A DNA stretch of 64,000 nucleotides from Squalus acanthias (Eukaryota), in assembly GCA_030390025.1 (NCBI GenBank), contig CM059432.1:92692001-92756000 (forward strand), in the 5' to 3' direction. Shown in pieces: positions 39,365 to 53,414 of this stretch; position 1 is the stretch's first letter; each line of letters starts with the position of its first letter. Under the pieces are notes generated by a model. The model was not told where the DNA came from. It searched no databases and saw only the letters and a program-made list of their open reading frames with translations. A program made the position numbers and the translations under genes.

Positions 39365-40250
39365 ATAAACCTCTCAGTCAACCCAACGTCAGTGGTGGGG
39401 AAACTTTTAAAGACAATAATGCAGGACTGAGAGGTTTATCCCACGCCCCTTTTTTGAACAGAGGTGTAATATTTGCAACCCTCCAGTCCACTGGCACCAC
39501 TCCCATATCCAGGGAGGATTTGAAAGATTGTGGCTAGGGCCTCTGCTATTCCCACACTTACTTCCCTCAGCAACCTAGGGTGCATCCCATCCGGGCTGGG
39601 TGACTTTTCTACTTTGAGCGCTGCCAACCTTTTCAGTATCTCATCTATTTTTATCCTATCCAATTTCTCTACTACCTCCTGCTTTACTGTGACATTGGCA
39701 GCATCACCTTCTTTAGTGAAGACAGATGCAAAGTATTCATTTAGTACCTCAGCCATGCCCTCTGCCTCCACAAGATGATCTATTTTTTGGTCCCTAATCA
39801 GCCCCACCCTTCTTTTGACTATTTATAGGTTTATAAAAGACTTTTGCATTTCCTTTAGTTACCCGTTAATCTTTTCCATAGAGTCTCTTTGCCCCTCTTA
39901 TTTCCTTGTTCAGTTCTTCTCTGCACTCTGTATTCTGCTTGATTATATTATGAATGACATTTATCATAAGCCTCCTTTTTGTTTCATTTTAATCTCTACA
40001 TCTTTAATCATCTATGGAGCTCTAGCTTTAGATGCCCTTCCTTTGCCCCACATTGGATGGTGTCTATTCTGTACCCAAACTATCTCCTCTTTGAAGACTT
40101 CCCATTGCTCATTTACTGTTTTACCTGCCAATCTTTGTTTCCAATCCACCTGGGCCAGATCCCTTTTCAGCTCACTGAAATTAGCCCTCTTCCAGTTGAA
40201 TATCTTCACCTTTGCTTGTTCTTTGTCCCTTTCCATAACTACTCTAAACT
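39365..40250 (-). mobile_element. CR1 ORF2 internal fragment ending in a micro-inversion
   Basis: MAEVLNEYFASVFT, KSPSPDGMHPRLL and PLFKKG on the minus strand. The following TSVVGKLL segment lies on the plus strand at 39380-39424. Confidence 0.85.
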
Positions 40251-42049
40251 TAAGACACATAAACAATTAGATTGGACTGCAAAGGTGGGCTGCCGTCATG
40301 GTTCAAGATTCTTTGACTTTTTTTGGAAAAGATTTGGACATGAGCTACGTTAAGACACGTTTCCCAGCAAAAGCTTGCCTAAAAGGGTTTAGCTTCCCAA
40401 GATGACCCCATGGTTAATTATGGATTGGTAGGGAGATGAATGGTAATTACAATGAGAGATGGAAATTTCTCAGGGACCGAAACAACCAGAAACAAGCTGT
40501 GTCTGGTTGTTCAGAAGACGCTGCACACCTTAGTGTTGGAAACATTTTGATCTCTGTGGGCACGGAGAGGGGCTTTTAAAATAGTTAGACACAGACAACA
40601 ACAAAAAAAAGGCCAGTAGCAAGAGGAAAATCTCTGCCCCAGTCAGGGAAAGTTTGCGCTTATACATTAATTAAAATGGCTCACTGAAGCAGGCTAGCAT
40701 ACACATGTTCTTGGTTTAATTTTGTAATAGGACACAAACAAAAGTTATACTGATTGTACCAAGTGTCTTAACATATTCAGTGTTCTATAAGTTTTGCTTA
40801 CTGTGGAATAAAGCAGCTTACGAATCAAAATGATATCTCGTCTAGCGTTAACTTGGTCCACCTTCAGAGAGATTGGAGAACACGTACGTAAGAGAACGGA
40901 GAGTCGGTCCAGAACACGAGTTTCACCACTATACCTTCATGTCCTATGTAGATATGACAGTGGGAGTAAACTTAAAAGGTGACCTAATTGGGAGTGACTA
41001 GTTTGTACAGGGTGCTAAACAATAATGCTAGGTAAATCATTTGATGGAGCTACTTCCTAAACTATTTGGTGGGTTGCTGATCTGGTCCATGTTGTTGGGG
41101 TAGTGAAAGATGGCTTTGTCGGCTCTAGTTTGGTCACTTCTAGTTTACACTGGAGAAAAGGCTGATCAAGGGTGAATCCAGGGAGATAGCAGAGGTGTAG
41201 AAAAATATTTAGAGTTGGAAATTATTTTTTTAAGCACAAAATGCAATTGAAGGGTATGAGAGTATAGTTTTTTTAAGTTTGGGACCATCAAAAGATGGCC
41301 TACAAAATGGTATTGTCTGGTCTGATGACTTCCAACATTTGAATGTATCATCCAGAATTATCCATTACATTTAGTGCTAATCTTAAAGCTAGCCGTCTTA
41401 ACAGACCACAAACTTTTCTGATAAATAGATAGTACCCAAGAGACAGAAATAAGTAACATTGCTTTCAGAATTGTGGCTTTTAGCTTCAGAAGACAAACTT
41501 TACTCGAAGGGAAACTTGGAAAAATGTTACACTATAGATCTGCTAAAAGAAAGACCCCAAGAGCATCATTAAAAAGTAAATATGCCAAGTAAAAGTAACT
41601 AAAAAGGTGAAAAGGGAAAAAGCTACTGTGTGAAGGGCACATGATCAATAATGCTCTGCACAGTAAAATTCTGGATGCAATGTCCCCATGCACTTGTTGC
41701 CATTGGAGTATGTACAATGAGAAATATATTTTAAAAGTTTTAGGTGAAATTTCAAATACATTTACAGAGTTTCAGAAAGGACAGAAACAGAGATTAACTT
41801 TTATTCCTCTCCCCCAGAATGTATTTTAAAAGGCATGAATGCCACCATTACTCCCAACCTTCCACCAATGCCAGCTATTAAGCATGCATCAGCAACCTAG
41901 GGATACCTCTATCTCAATTTTTTCATCCTTCTTTCCCCATCCTCTGCACAACAGTAAAGACCCAGTCCCTGCTCAGTGCATCCTCAGAAACACAATCACT
42001 TTAAATGAGATTGATCCATGTTACATGTTTACCAGACCAGCTTCAACTC

Positions 42050-42630
42050 CATATTCTTTGTCGGGGAACACTTCAGCAGTCAAGGACATTCAGCCTCGGA
42101 TCTGCGGGTAAGCGTTCTCCAAGGCGGCCTTCGAGACACACGACAACGCAAAATCATCGAGCAGAAACTGATAGCCAAGTTCCGCACCCATGAGGACGGC
42201 CTCAACCGGGATCTTGGTTTCATGTCACGCTACATGATGTAGAGTCATCCAGACTCGAGTTGTCGTTGGCTTGTTCACAGATGTGATTTCCAGTTTTTAA
42301 AAAAAGTAAAAAGCTTAACCATACAGACTGCAGCATTTGACACGTTGGACCCCCTGTGACCCCACCTCATTGTCTTAGCTGTATTTTGCTGTGTCTTTGA
42401 TGTAATGCCTTCCTGACTGACCTGATTGTATCTCTGCCGAGGTGTGATGGAGGGCAGTCAGAAGGGTTTACTGTAGTCGTCTGACATTGTATGCTACACA
42501 TTGTTCTCTGTCTATATATGCTTTGCTGATTTGTATTCCTTCACTTTACCTGACGAAGGAGCAGTGCTCCGAAAGCTCGTGATTTCAATTAAAACTGTTG
42601 GACTATAACCTGGTGTTGTGCGACTTCTCA
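42050..42630 (+). mobile_element. Penelope-like element 3' end (GIY-YIG C-terminal part plus terminal repeat)
   Basis: VGEHFSSQGHSASDLRVSVL...RKIIEQKLIAKFRTHEDGLNRD followed by a hammerhead-containing repeat. Confidence 0.8.
42546..42582 (+). ncRNA. Minimal hammerhead ribozyme motif
   Basis: UUAC-CUGACGA-A-GGAGC(AGU)GCUCC-GAAA-GC-UC-GUGA, with a CUC cleavage triplet. Confidence 0.7.
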
Positions 42631-45600
42631 TTTTTATATTCTTTGTACGCACTGTGCTTGCACACGTGCATCTGCACTTGTGTGCAGAAGAGCAAGAAAG
42701 GAACGAGAAAAAAAAATATATATATACACACACACACACACACATCCATCTTTTCTGTACCCTCCATAGAAGGAACATTGCGCAAGTGTAGTCATATGCT
42801 GGAGAAAAGCTCTGTATAAGGAAAGAAGAGAACTGCGATCACTTGTTAGTGGAGTATTGCTACAACTGAAGAGGCACTTTGAAAAAGAGATTTGGTTAGA
42901 ATCCCCAGAGAAAACCTCAGCTAAAAGAAACACAAACATACACACGTATCAAAGGATTAATTCAATTCTGAGGAATAGCAGCAAGAATTGGTAAACGAAG
43001 TGCAGAGATTACACTAAAAGATCTTTAAGTACATGAACTTCACCAAACTAAAACCCAAGAGATAGCAGTGTAAAACCACCCTCGCAAAATCATACATTGA
43101 AAGTCACCTGCACACAATTCAGCGATATGAAAATCATAAAATCTAGGACACACATTTCTTGTCCATAAACCTTATTTCCTGTTGTCATGATTTTGGCCAC
43201 GCTTTTCAGTCAACATTTACCACTGCAAATTGCTAATCAACTAGGGAATCTCCCAGAATGGAAGTGACTCTCCCAGGCACTGCTGCCCAGGATAAAAGTA
43301 AAAGTTCAAACCTGTGGTTTGTGCCTGCATACTTCCTTCTGCGCTCTCTGACCCACACTCTCAGACCTACTACTTAAAATATTGAAGCTCCAAAGACATG
43401 AACATTAGAATCAGGAGAGATACTACGTCTCAGACAAAGAGCAATCTGCTCTTCCACAGTGATGACATCTCAACCATAAAGACCCAAATCATTTCATTTG
43501 AATTCTCATTCTAGGAAAATAGTTTTGTAAATTTCCCCTTATGCTATGCAACTTTCCTTGACCAAAATGCTGGACAAGGTATTGTTCCCAGGATTCTGAT
43601 AGTGCCTTTTTAAAGTTGCTTGCAAGAGCAGCTGGGTGAACTGCCATTTTTGTTTTTTTCTTGCCTCTCTTCCCAGGTGAATTGCCTGGCTTTCACTCTG
43701 CCAACTTCAACAGCAAGGCATAAACTGTAAACCCACCATTTAGAGGGATCATCCCCAGGAACTACCATCATTGCACTCTTATGTTTCACCAACAGCATGG
43801 GTGACTTTGCAATCACATTATTAACTTTCGAGTAACTTTAACATTTCAGAGATGGCCACTCCCACGTAAATATGTTGATGAGTGTGTTTCACACTAACTA
43901 TTGGATTCATTCAATACCAATTGCAGTAAAGAATCTGAAGACTCACATCAGGCACACACATGGATCCTGGCTACAAAAAGAAGAAATGATGATTAAGGTC
44001 CAAGTTCTATTGGAAGGAGTAAACAAACCAACTCGTTTTCTCTTAGACCAGCATGTTGAAATGGACATGCCCACTTTGCATAATTGAGTATCCGCCCAAG
44101 GTCACAAATAACAGCAGTGACAGTCTGGTGGAATACTTCTCTTGACTTATTACTTTTGGACTACTTCCTGTTTTAATATCAGTCAACTTGGAGATTTTGC
44201 CATCAATACCAGTGTCCCGGCCATTGGTCTGTACTAAACATAGAAGGATCTGGAAACTCATCTCTGGGATACCCTATTTATATCCTTAGTTTCCTGATTT
44301 TAAACCAAATATCCATCTAGCACCACATTTTAACCCCTCATTTGTGATATCTTATATCAGCCAATAACCATCAATGTGGAACCTTGTCAAAAGCTTTCTG
44401 AAATCCAACTATATCAACTGTATTTTCATAATTATTACAATTGTAGAAGCAGGGCCTCAGGCTATCAGGTAGTGCTCTGGCAAAGCAGTAGTTGTAGACT
44501 TCATTGTTGGGGGTGGGGGGGAGGGGAGGGGGAAGGATGAGGCTGAAGACAGAACAAGAGGTTAAATTAACACTTTACATAAGGCAGTTTATAGAAGTTC
44601 AGAAATGGAAAAGGTATGTGTAGATGCAGTATTTATGATATTTATACAGCAATGAATTTAAGTACTATAGCAAACTAAGCTTCTTTTTACAGTATATGAA
44701 TTATTTAAAAGAGCAGCAAAACAAAATCAACTAACAAATTCCTTTGAAGAGTGTGTTGGAGGAGCACAAATATACATAGTCTATATTTGGGCAATGTCAA
44801 CATAATTTTAATCCACGATGAACATTAGAAATATTCTATTCACACCTGGTGCGAAGCACCTTTAACTTAATTTGTCTGCGTAGAAGAACGCAGTCGGTCA
44901 TAAGATTATGGGAGGTGTTGTCAACGGTTAAGAATTTTACAAATCAAGACATTAGTAACTCAAAAATTAAGAGAAAACAGTGAAGCCACAGACAAAATTC
45001 AATCCTTGCCACATCTACTGCCCACATTCTATCCTGCTCACCCATCACGGAAAAGGTACAAAGAATTGGACCCTGGGGTACATCAGAAATGGCCACAATG
45101 GCATAAAGGAGGAATTGTTGAAAGAGATGTAGTGGGTAGTGGCTTTGTAGAAAGAAATGTGATTGAGATCACTGGAAAATCTCAAATCAATAAAAGGTCT
45201 TGCATTATAACTTTAATTTCTTCATAACAGCTTTATTCATTAAAAAAAAGTCAGCTGTCCTATGAAGACAAACAGGAAATAAATCTGGAATGTGAATAAA
45301 ATTTATAAAAATTACAGTTCAATTTCATGTTAATATTTTTAATTCTGTTTTCTTTGGAGGGGGATCTTGATTTTAATAAAGGATGGAGTTATTAGTGAGT
45401 TTTTTTTTAAAAAGCAGAATTTACAACAAACACACTTTGTTTGTAGAGGGATTACAGTGAACAGAGTTGAAAAGGAATGTTTGAAATGACAAAACATTCC
45501 AAACAATAATTTTTGCAAAACATATGCACACAGAAGCAAAATGGAGCACAAGGAGTAGTCTATAAACATGTTAAACTGTATTTCAAACTAGATATGCAAC

Positions 45601-46558
45601 ATCAAAAGAAACTTTCATGATACTGCATCAGACAAGGACAAAAAAAAAAGTCAAGAACTTCGTTTTACAAGTTAACTTTTGCAATGCACAACTAAAATTA
45701 ATACAACTGTATGAGAATTGCAATTGGTGGTGCATGATTTTAAATACATGAAGTCAAGTTAATGTTTAAAGTTGTTCAAGCAAACACCAACTTTGATGTT
45801 GTATGTATGTATCTACAAGCAATAACCCAATTCCCCCCACCCCTCAAAAAAGGAACAAATTTGAACTATGATAAACATAAGATTTAAACTTCGGAGATAT
45901 ATGCAATACAGTGAAGTTTGGCAGAGCCATAATTCAAGCATGCATGACAGATTTCCTCTAAGAATTGCAATCCAAGTGCAAGAACAAATAGTACTTTATA
46001 CTTAGATTAAAATAAAAGATAGAAAATTAAATTTATGGATACAAGTAGCTTTTCATGAATAATTTGAGCGAAAAGCAGTCATATGAATTTATTTGGATCA
46101 CATGAAACAGTTCATTTAGTCCCAGGCCTTAGTAATCCTCGACACAAATTAAACCTCCAATTATTTTCCTGCAAAGCATCAGGTCCCGAGTGCAAATAAT
46201 GTTCATCACAAGTAGTTTTTAAGAGCAGTCATTCAATACCTATTTAACAAATGGGCCAAAATGACTAATCACTACACAACAGAAACATATATAGACAATA
46301 GGAACAGGAGTAGGCCATTGGGGCTACTAACCCTGCTCTGTCATTCTGATTAATCATGGCATCTCATCTGGTTAATCCCAATTTCCTGTTTTTTTTCCTC
46401 TCCATATTTAGTATTATTACCTCCCAAGCAAGTATCTGACTGCTAAAATCTCAACTTTGTATAGTTGACCTTCTAGAGTAGTGCGTTACACATTTTCACC
46501 CACTTTGTCAAAAAAGTTTGACTGATTCACTTTTAACCAGCTTAAACTAAGTTTACAA

Positions 46559-47845
46559 TCCTATCTCAACTCTATTTTTTCTCGCTGGCAGAAGCTGGTA
46601 GCTGTCCTTCATTCTGCCAGTGCATTTCACACTTCATTTAGCCTCAACTTGTTACATCAACACCTCCTCTTGCCTTGATTATCTCTTAATGTCTCTCAAG
46701 GTCTCCTAATCTCTCCTTTTGTTCCTTCATCCCCTCCCCCTTTTCCCAGCTTTATGCTTGCTTTAAATCTATTTCATTTCCTGCTTTTTTCCAGTTCTGA
46801 CGAAAGGTCTTCGACCTGAAACGTTAACTCTGTTTCTCTCTTCACGGATGCTGCCTGGCCTGCTGAGTTTTTCCAGCATTTTCTGTTGTTATTTCTATTT
46901 TTTCTCCCCTTGTCCAGTCTCTTCCCACCTACATCCGCGACTCTTCAGACACCCTCCACCACTTTAACAGTTTCCAGTTTCCTGGCCCCAACCGTCTCCT
47001 TTTCACTATGGACGTCCAATCCCTCTACACCTCCATCCCCCACCTGGATGGCCTGAGGGCGCTCCGCTTCTTCCTTGAACAGAGGCCCAACCAGTCCCCA
47101 TCCACCACCACGCTGAACTTGTTGTCACATTGAACAACTTCTCCTTTGACTCCACTTACTTCCTCCAAATTAAAGGTGTTGCTATGGGAACCCGCATGGG
47201 TCCCAGCTATGCCTGTCTTTTCGTGGGATATGTGGAACATTCTTTGTTCCAGTCCTAATCAGGTCCCCTCCCTCACCTCTTTTTCCAGTACATTGATGAC
47301 GATCGGTGCGGTTTCCTGCTCTCACCCTGAACTAGAAAATTTCATTCACTTTGCTTCCAATTTCCACCCTTCCCTCACCTTCACATGGTCCATCTCTGAC
47401 TCTTCCCTACCTTGACTTCTCTGTCTCCATCTCTGGGGATAGGCTATTGACAAAACATTCACTACAACCCCACTGACTCCCACAGCTACCTGGACTGCAC
47501 TTCCTCCCACCCTACCTCCTGTAAGGACTCTATTCCATTCTCCCATTTCCTCCATCTCCGCAGCATCTGCTCTGACGATGCCACCTTCCATACTAGTGCT
47601 TCCAACATGTCTTCCTTTTTCCTCAACCGAGGATTCCCCTCTGTGGTTGACACAGCCCTTGACCGCGTCAGTTCTATTTCCCGCCCCTCTGCTCTCACCC
47701 CTTCCCCTCCCTCCCGAAACCACGATAGGGTTCCCTTTGTCCTCACCTTTCACCCCACCAGCCTCCACATTCAACGGATCATCCTCCACCATCTCCAGCG
47801 TGATTCCACCACCAAACACATCATCCCCTCGTCTCCCCTTTCAGG
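46559..47845 (+). mobile_element. Penelope-like RT fragment with a nested terminal-repeat fragment (46584-46893)
   Basis: LPTYIRDSS, FTMDVQSLYTSIPH, GVAMGTRMGPSYA, YIDD and LRSICS motifs. 13-bp duplication TCTATTTTTTCTC at 46571-46583 and 46894-46906. Confidence 0.85.
46793..46829 (+). ncRNA. Minimal hammerhead ribozyme motif (second Penelope family)
   Basis: AGUU-CUGACGA-A-AGGUC(UUC)GACCU-GAAA-CG-UU-AACU. Confidence 0.7.
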
Positions 47846-48014
47846 AATTAGGGGGAACTGGGCTGGGAAGCACGAGGATGCACTGGCCACAATATAGAAG
47901 ACCTTAATTTTAGATACAAAATCCAAGGTTCCTTGCATTAGGAATTAGGTGAAGGGATGGCAATGGCGTTAATAGCCTTGAAAAATTAAGTGAATTCTGC
48001 TTTCCAAGATTAAT

Positions 48015-48930
48015 CATGGAACAGGAGTAGGCCATTTAGCATCTTGAGCCTGTTCTGCCATTCAATGAGATCATGGCTGATCTGTGACCCAACTCTGCCC
48101 CATATCCCTTAATACCTTTGGTTAACAGAAATCTATCAATCTCAGATTTAAAACAAACAATTGACCCAGTGTCAACTGCCGTTTGCAGGAGTGCGCCAAA
48201 CTTCTACCACCCTTTGCGTGTAGAACTGTCTCCTAGCTTTACTCCTGAAAGGCCTGGCTCTAACTTTTAAGCTATGTCCCCTAGATTCCCCAACCAATGG
48301 AAATAGGGTAGATCAGTTCCCCTAAATATCCTGAAAACTTCAATCAAATCACCCCTTAATTTTCTAAATTCCAGAGAATACAACCCTAGTTTGTGTAATC
48401 TCGCCTTGTAATTTAACCCTTGGGAGTCCAGGTATCATTCTAGTAAATCTACACTGCACTCTCTCAAAGGCCAATATATCCTTCCTAAAGGTGTGCTGCC
48501 CAGAACTGAACACAGTACTCCAGGTCTTTGTATAGCTGCAGCAGTACTTCTAATCCCTTGTATTCTAGCCCTCTAGATATAAGGCCAACATTCCATTAGT
48601 CTTTTTCATTTCTTTTTATACCTGTCCATGACATTTTAATGATCTATGTACCTGGACCCCCAAGTCTCTTTGGACCTCCACTGCTTCTAGCTTTTCACCA
48701 TTTAGAAAATACTCTGATCTATCCTTTTTCAGTCCAAAGTAGACAACATCACACTTCGATTATATTGCAATCCATTTGCCACAGTTTTGCTCACTTTGAG
48801 ATATTAATATCTCTTTGTAATGTTATGCTTCCATCAACACTGCTTACAATGCCGCCTATCTGTGTGTCTTCGGCAAACTTGGATATGTGGCTTTCTATCC
48901 AGTCATCTAAGTAGTTAATAAATACAGTGA
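48015..48930 (-). mobile_element. CR1 3' fragment, same family as 14410-17495
   Basis: Near-collinear with 14420-15360, including SHISKFAED and the 3' UTR. Confidence 0.85.
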
Positions 48931-49962
48931 ATCATGCAATAATGTGATTTTGTAGGGAGAGGGAGCAACAACACAATGAGGTATCTAGCTGGTGGACAGA
49001 CAAGCTAGATGAACACCGAGTGTATTCAAACTTGCAACCTACTGATTTAAACTATGGAGGGGAAATGGGCCATGCAGGATCAGAGGTAGACAATGGCAAT
49101 GAAAGTGGAGGGGAAAAAATGATGGAGTTAATGTCAGTGACAGGCCAACGGTGGGGGAGGTCCTAGAGACAATCTTGGGGATAGTTTTTCCCCCAAGGCA
49201 GAAAAAGCGATTAAGGAAGTGGTCAGAGTGCCTAGATCAATAACTGAAAACATAGGGACTTCAGGACCAAGTGAGACAAAAGTGAGGTAGCCTATGAATG
49301 GGAAAGTTATGTGGGAGGTAGTAAGAAGCATGAGCAGGGAACATAAATAGTGGACACAGGAGAGAGCAAATGTCACCGAGGAGGAAGAGCCCTCAGAGCA
49401 AAGGCAGAGGTCAGAAAGGAAAGAGGAGAATTCAATAAGGAAGGTGCTTGAAGCCAATAGATGAGTTTCAGAGGAGAGATAGACAACATGGTGGAAGGCA
49501 CATGCAAGGAAAAGATGAAGTCAGGGAATAGAGGAAAGATGGAGGTGGGATCCTACTGAGCGCTATTACATCACTGCAGCAGTTTGGTCAAGGGGCATGG
49601 TGCAACTAAGTCACGTGGGGTGGCTTCGATTAAAGGGAGGAGGTTTGGTTGAGGGCAGGTTGAGAGCATTTTGATGCTGAAAATGGACAGACTGGGCAGG
49701 GAAGAATTGTTCTCCATCTACCCTTAATTCCCTTTATTACTGTAAACAGCTCAAATAATCTTCAGGAAATAGATTATCCAGTCTCAATCCCAGATCTTTC
49801 TTCAAGACCACTATATGCTTCTAACAGATAGAGTAGCCATAACTGCAGACAACTGGGCCTATTTCCAATCATTGTTTTTTTTTTGTCTTTTAATACTCCT
49901 ATGAAGTGCCTTGGGACGTTTTACTACGTTAAAGGCGCTATACAAATACAAGTAGTTGTTGT

Positions 49963-49967
<5 letters not shown>

Positions 49968-50028
<61 letters not shown>
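49968..50028. repeat. (GA)n microsatellite next to an L2/SINE tail
   Basis: About 30 GA units. Confidence 0.95.
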
Positions 50029-50034
<6 letters not shown>

Positions 50035-52157
50035 CAGAGCAGCCACACTGGTTGCGTGAAAGCCAGAACCTGCCAAATTCTGTAGAACATAATTTACACA
50101 ACTTGGCCAAGCTCCCCACATGTTTTTCACGTGCACAAATTCATTGGGGTGGGAGGCAGTTAAGTTAAGTGCAGAAGCTTTTCAATATTTTTGCTGGAAA
50201 GTGACTATTAGCTCCTTCACCAAAAGAACCTGGAGACCTTGCAGGAGATAGTGACTCAGGAATGATGATGCCATCTTTGAGGCAGAGAGAACCCCACCTA
50301 ACAAGAGCTACTGATAGCTGGTACAGCAGGCATGGCAAAGAATGATTGTAGTTTCCGACATCCATAGGTTGAGAGAGCAAATGTGCTAGTTTTCAGGACT
50401 GAGGAAGAATGTCAAAAGTAGGCTTGAAGAAGTTAACAGAAAGGAAAAGAATGACTGTACTATGCATGCACCCACAGCATGGTGCCACATCAGCAAGGTA
50501 GTCTGTAAAGCACTTGTCTGAACCCTTACTTCTCAGATCTCCTCACTACTACCTCAGAAAACTCACAGCTCTAAATTTGTGCCAAAGGCCATGGTTTTCA
50601 TTCACTCACAGAACTGTTGCGTATTTGTTAATGCACTCACTATAGCTTCTCAAAACTCTTTCATGTTCTCCATTCCTTTCGTACCAGACGGGTTGCAGGC
50701 TAGGCAAAAGGCTGCATCTAGTCTTCAATGGTAATGCAGAAATTCTATTTGCTGTGTTTTTATAGAAGGTTGCCACAATGTTCACAAGACAACATGCATT
50801 GGGGTGGATCACCTAACCTGCAAATCACCTCAGCCTACACAAGAAGGTCTTTCAAATAACTGGCAGAGGCCACTGAAGGAGTTAGCAAAGGAGAAAAGTG
50901 GCTTTATGCAAAACCTGACAAAGACAGACCTCACTTCAACATTCTCCTTTTGTTAACATTTTACACTCAAATCACTCGTGGAATTTGATCAAACAGGACT
51001 AAAAGAAAATCCCAGAAAATTATCCAGAGTTTCAGTCAACTCAAATGAATAGGTTTGATAATGCATTGTGCACAACACTGTATAACACCACCACCATTTA
51101 TAGAATGTGTTCTCTTATTCTCCACAATATTAAAAATTAAATTTATATATAACTAAGACACCAGCCCTAATCTCCAGGGGACACCAATCATGCACATCAA
51201 TCAGGGAACGTTCTTTTCATCCAAATTTCTGCTATCCTCTAATCATCTATTCATGCCACGAGGCTGTCACTGGCCTCAATCTGTGTTTTCAAACCCTTGC
51301 ATAGATCAAATGCCTTCTAAAAAATCAACATATATAACATTCTTTAACCTCCTCTACCATCACCTTACTGACCAAAGTGTTCAAATTAGTTAAGCCTTTC
51401 ACAAAACTATGCTAATTCTTCCAGTCATCTTCCATCTTCTCCAGTGCTTAATCTGCCCCAATTATGGATTATAGCAATTGTCTCACTGATGGCATTAAAT
51501 TCACTGGCCTATAGTTTATTCAAAAAAGGAACAAAACCATAAAGATCGAACATTTGTTAACTTTTCTTGTACTATTTCCACAAGACTGGCTTTGTAATGT
51601 AACTAATACACCCCCAATTTCTCCATCTATTGAATACCCACTGACAGAAACTATATCCTCCTGGATATTTGTCTTGCTTCAATCCTATTATTTTATCCAT
51701 GACAATTTTTCTGTTTAAATTAATCTCTATGTTACTCTGCTTCACTAATCTCTCCTATACATTTCATATTGTAGCTGGTTTCTCCACTATCAAGATCATT
51801 TATCACTTCCATCTCTACTAGTCATACAAGTTTAAATTATTTTTCTTTTCCACTCTTCCCTGATGTACAATTTACTGTTAACTGAAAATTGGTCTAAAAA
51901 AATTAAAATTTCCACTTTCCTAAGCTAACATTTTGCTTCATTCGTTAATTCAAACTATTGAACAAAATTTTACTGCAAAAAAAACTTAGTATGCACTTAG
52001 AAAAACTTTATTTCTCTCTCCATGCCTTTTTATTGCTTTCTACAATCTTCCTTATTCTCATTCTTGCCACTTTTCTTCACCCTCACACAAGTCGCCGTCT
52101 TGTGATTAAACTGGTTCTAACACTACTCAGATCAAGTGCAGATCATCCCAGAAGTAC

Positions 52158-52911
52158 TTATACCTCCCCTCTTCCCACTGTCCAGGGCCCCAAACACCCC
52201 TTCCAGGTGAAACAGCGATTTACTTGTACTTCCTGCAATTTAGTATACTGTATTCGCTGCTCACGATGTGGACTCCTCTACATTGGGGAGACCAAACGCA
52301 GATTGGGTGACCGCTTTGCGGAACACCTCCGTTCAGTCCGTAAGGGGGACCCCGAGCTCCCGGTGGCCTGTCACTTTAATTCACTGCTTCACTCCCACTC
52401 TGACCTCACCGTCCTCGGCCTATTACACTGTTCCACGGAAGCTCAGCGTAAGCTCGAGGAACAGCACCTCATCTTTCGTTTAGGCACGCTACAGCCCTCT
52501 GGACTCAATATCGAGTTCAACAATTTTAGATCATAACCTCAGCTCCAATCACATTTATATTTTATTTTATCCACCCTTTTATTTGTCCCCCCCCACCTTT
52601 TTTTTCCTCCTAGAAGCTGGCAGCTGTCCTTCATTCTGCCAGTGGATTTCACACTTCATTCAGCCTTAATCTGTCACATTAACACCACCTCCAGCCTTGC
52701 ATATCTCTTAATGTCTCTTATTGTCTCTTCATCTCCCCCTTTGTTCCTTTATCCCCTCCCCCTTTTCCCAGCTTTACTCTGGCCTTAAATCTATTTGATT
52801 TCCGGCTCTTCCCAGTTCTGATGAAAGGTCATCGACCTGAAACGTTAACTCTCTTTCTCTCTCCACGGATGCTGCCTGGCCTGCTGAGTTTTTCCAGCGT
52901 TTTCTGTTGTT
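52158..52911 (+). mobile_element. 5'-truncated Penelope-like element (GIY-YIG endonuclease plus terminal repeat)
   Basis: FTCTSCNLVYCIRCSRCGLLYIGETKRRLGDRFAEH...PVACHFN...RKLEEQHLIFRLGTLQPSGLN. 13-bp TSD ATCCCAGAAGTAC at 52145-52157 and 52912-52924. Confidence 0.92.
52814..52850 (+). ncRNA. Minimal hammerhead ribozyme motif
   Basis: AGUU-CUGAUGA-A-AGGUC(AUC)GACCU-GAAA-CG-UU-AACU. Confidence 0.72.
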
Positions 52912-53414
52912 ATCCCAGAAGTACCACTTGCCTTTCACAGGTTCTGCTATTCCACGTGTTACATTTGTGAAGAAATTTCACCATTGGCCTGTAGTTGTAC
53001 CAGCTACTAATTTCCACACACCTTATTCTAGCCAATTACTAGAAAGTCAGCCTGGATAAAATCCAATACCTTCATTCATGACCTACTTTTCTTCACTTCA
53101 AGCAGGATACTAAACTCCCCCAGACAGTGAATTCAATCTTTTGATGGACACTGATCCCAAGATGCTTTTCTATTCCCAGATTGCCATCTATTTCTGGTGT
53201 CTTACACTTAACAGTTATACCATAATCTGCTTCCCTGTTGAGTTTAATGCTTCATATTCCCAATGCACCATGAATCTAAAACCCTTCCATCTGCTCCATC
53301 TCAAGTTACACATCGAAATATCTAATCTGCCTTTCTATGGAACCAGAAGTAATGCCAAAATGACTACTCTTAAGGGCTTTTACTACCAGGATATCCTGAC
53401 CTTAAATGAATCTT

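Noticed and set aside
49859..50168. ORFs with SLSLSL / ERERER runs
   Set aside because: They are translations of the (GA)n microsatellite.
51958..52157. Hydrophobic N-terminal extension on the 192-aa GIY-YIG ORF, suggesting a membrane-anchored nuclease
   Set aside because: The extension lies outside the TSD-bounded element in AT-rich decayed sequence and starts at TTG; it is chance read-through.
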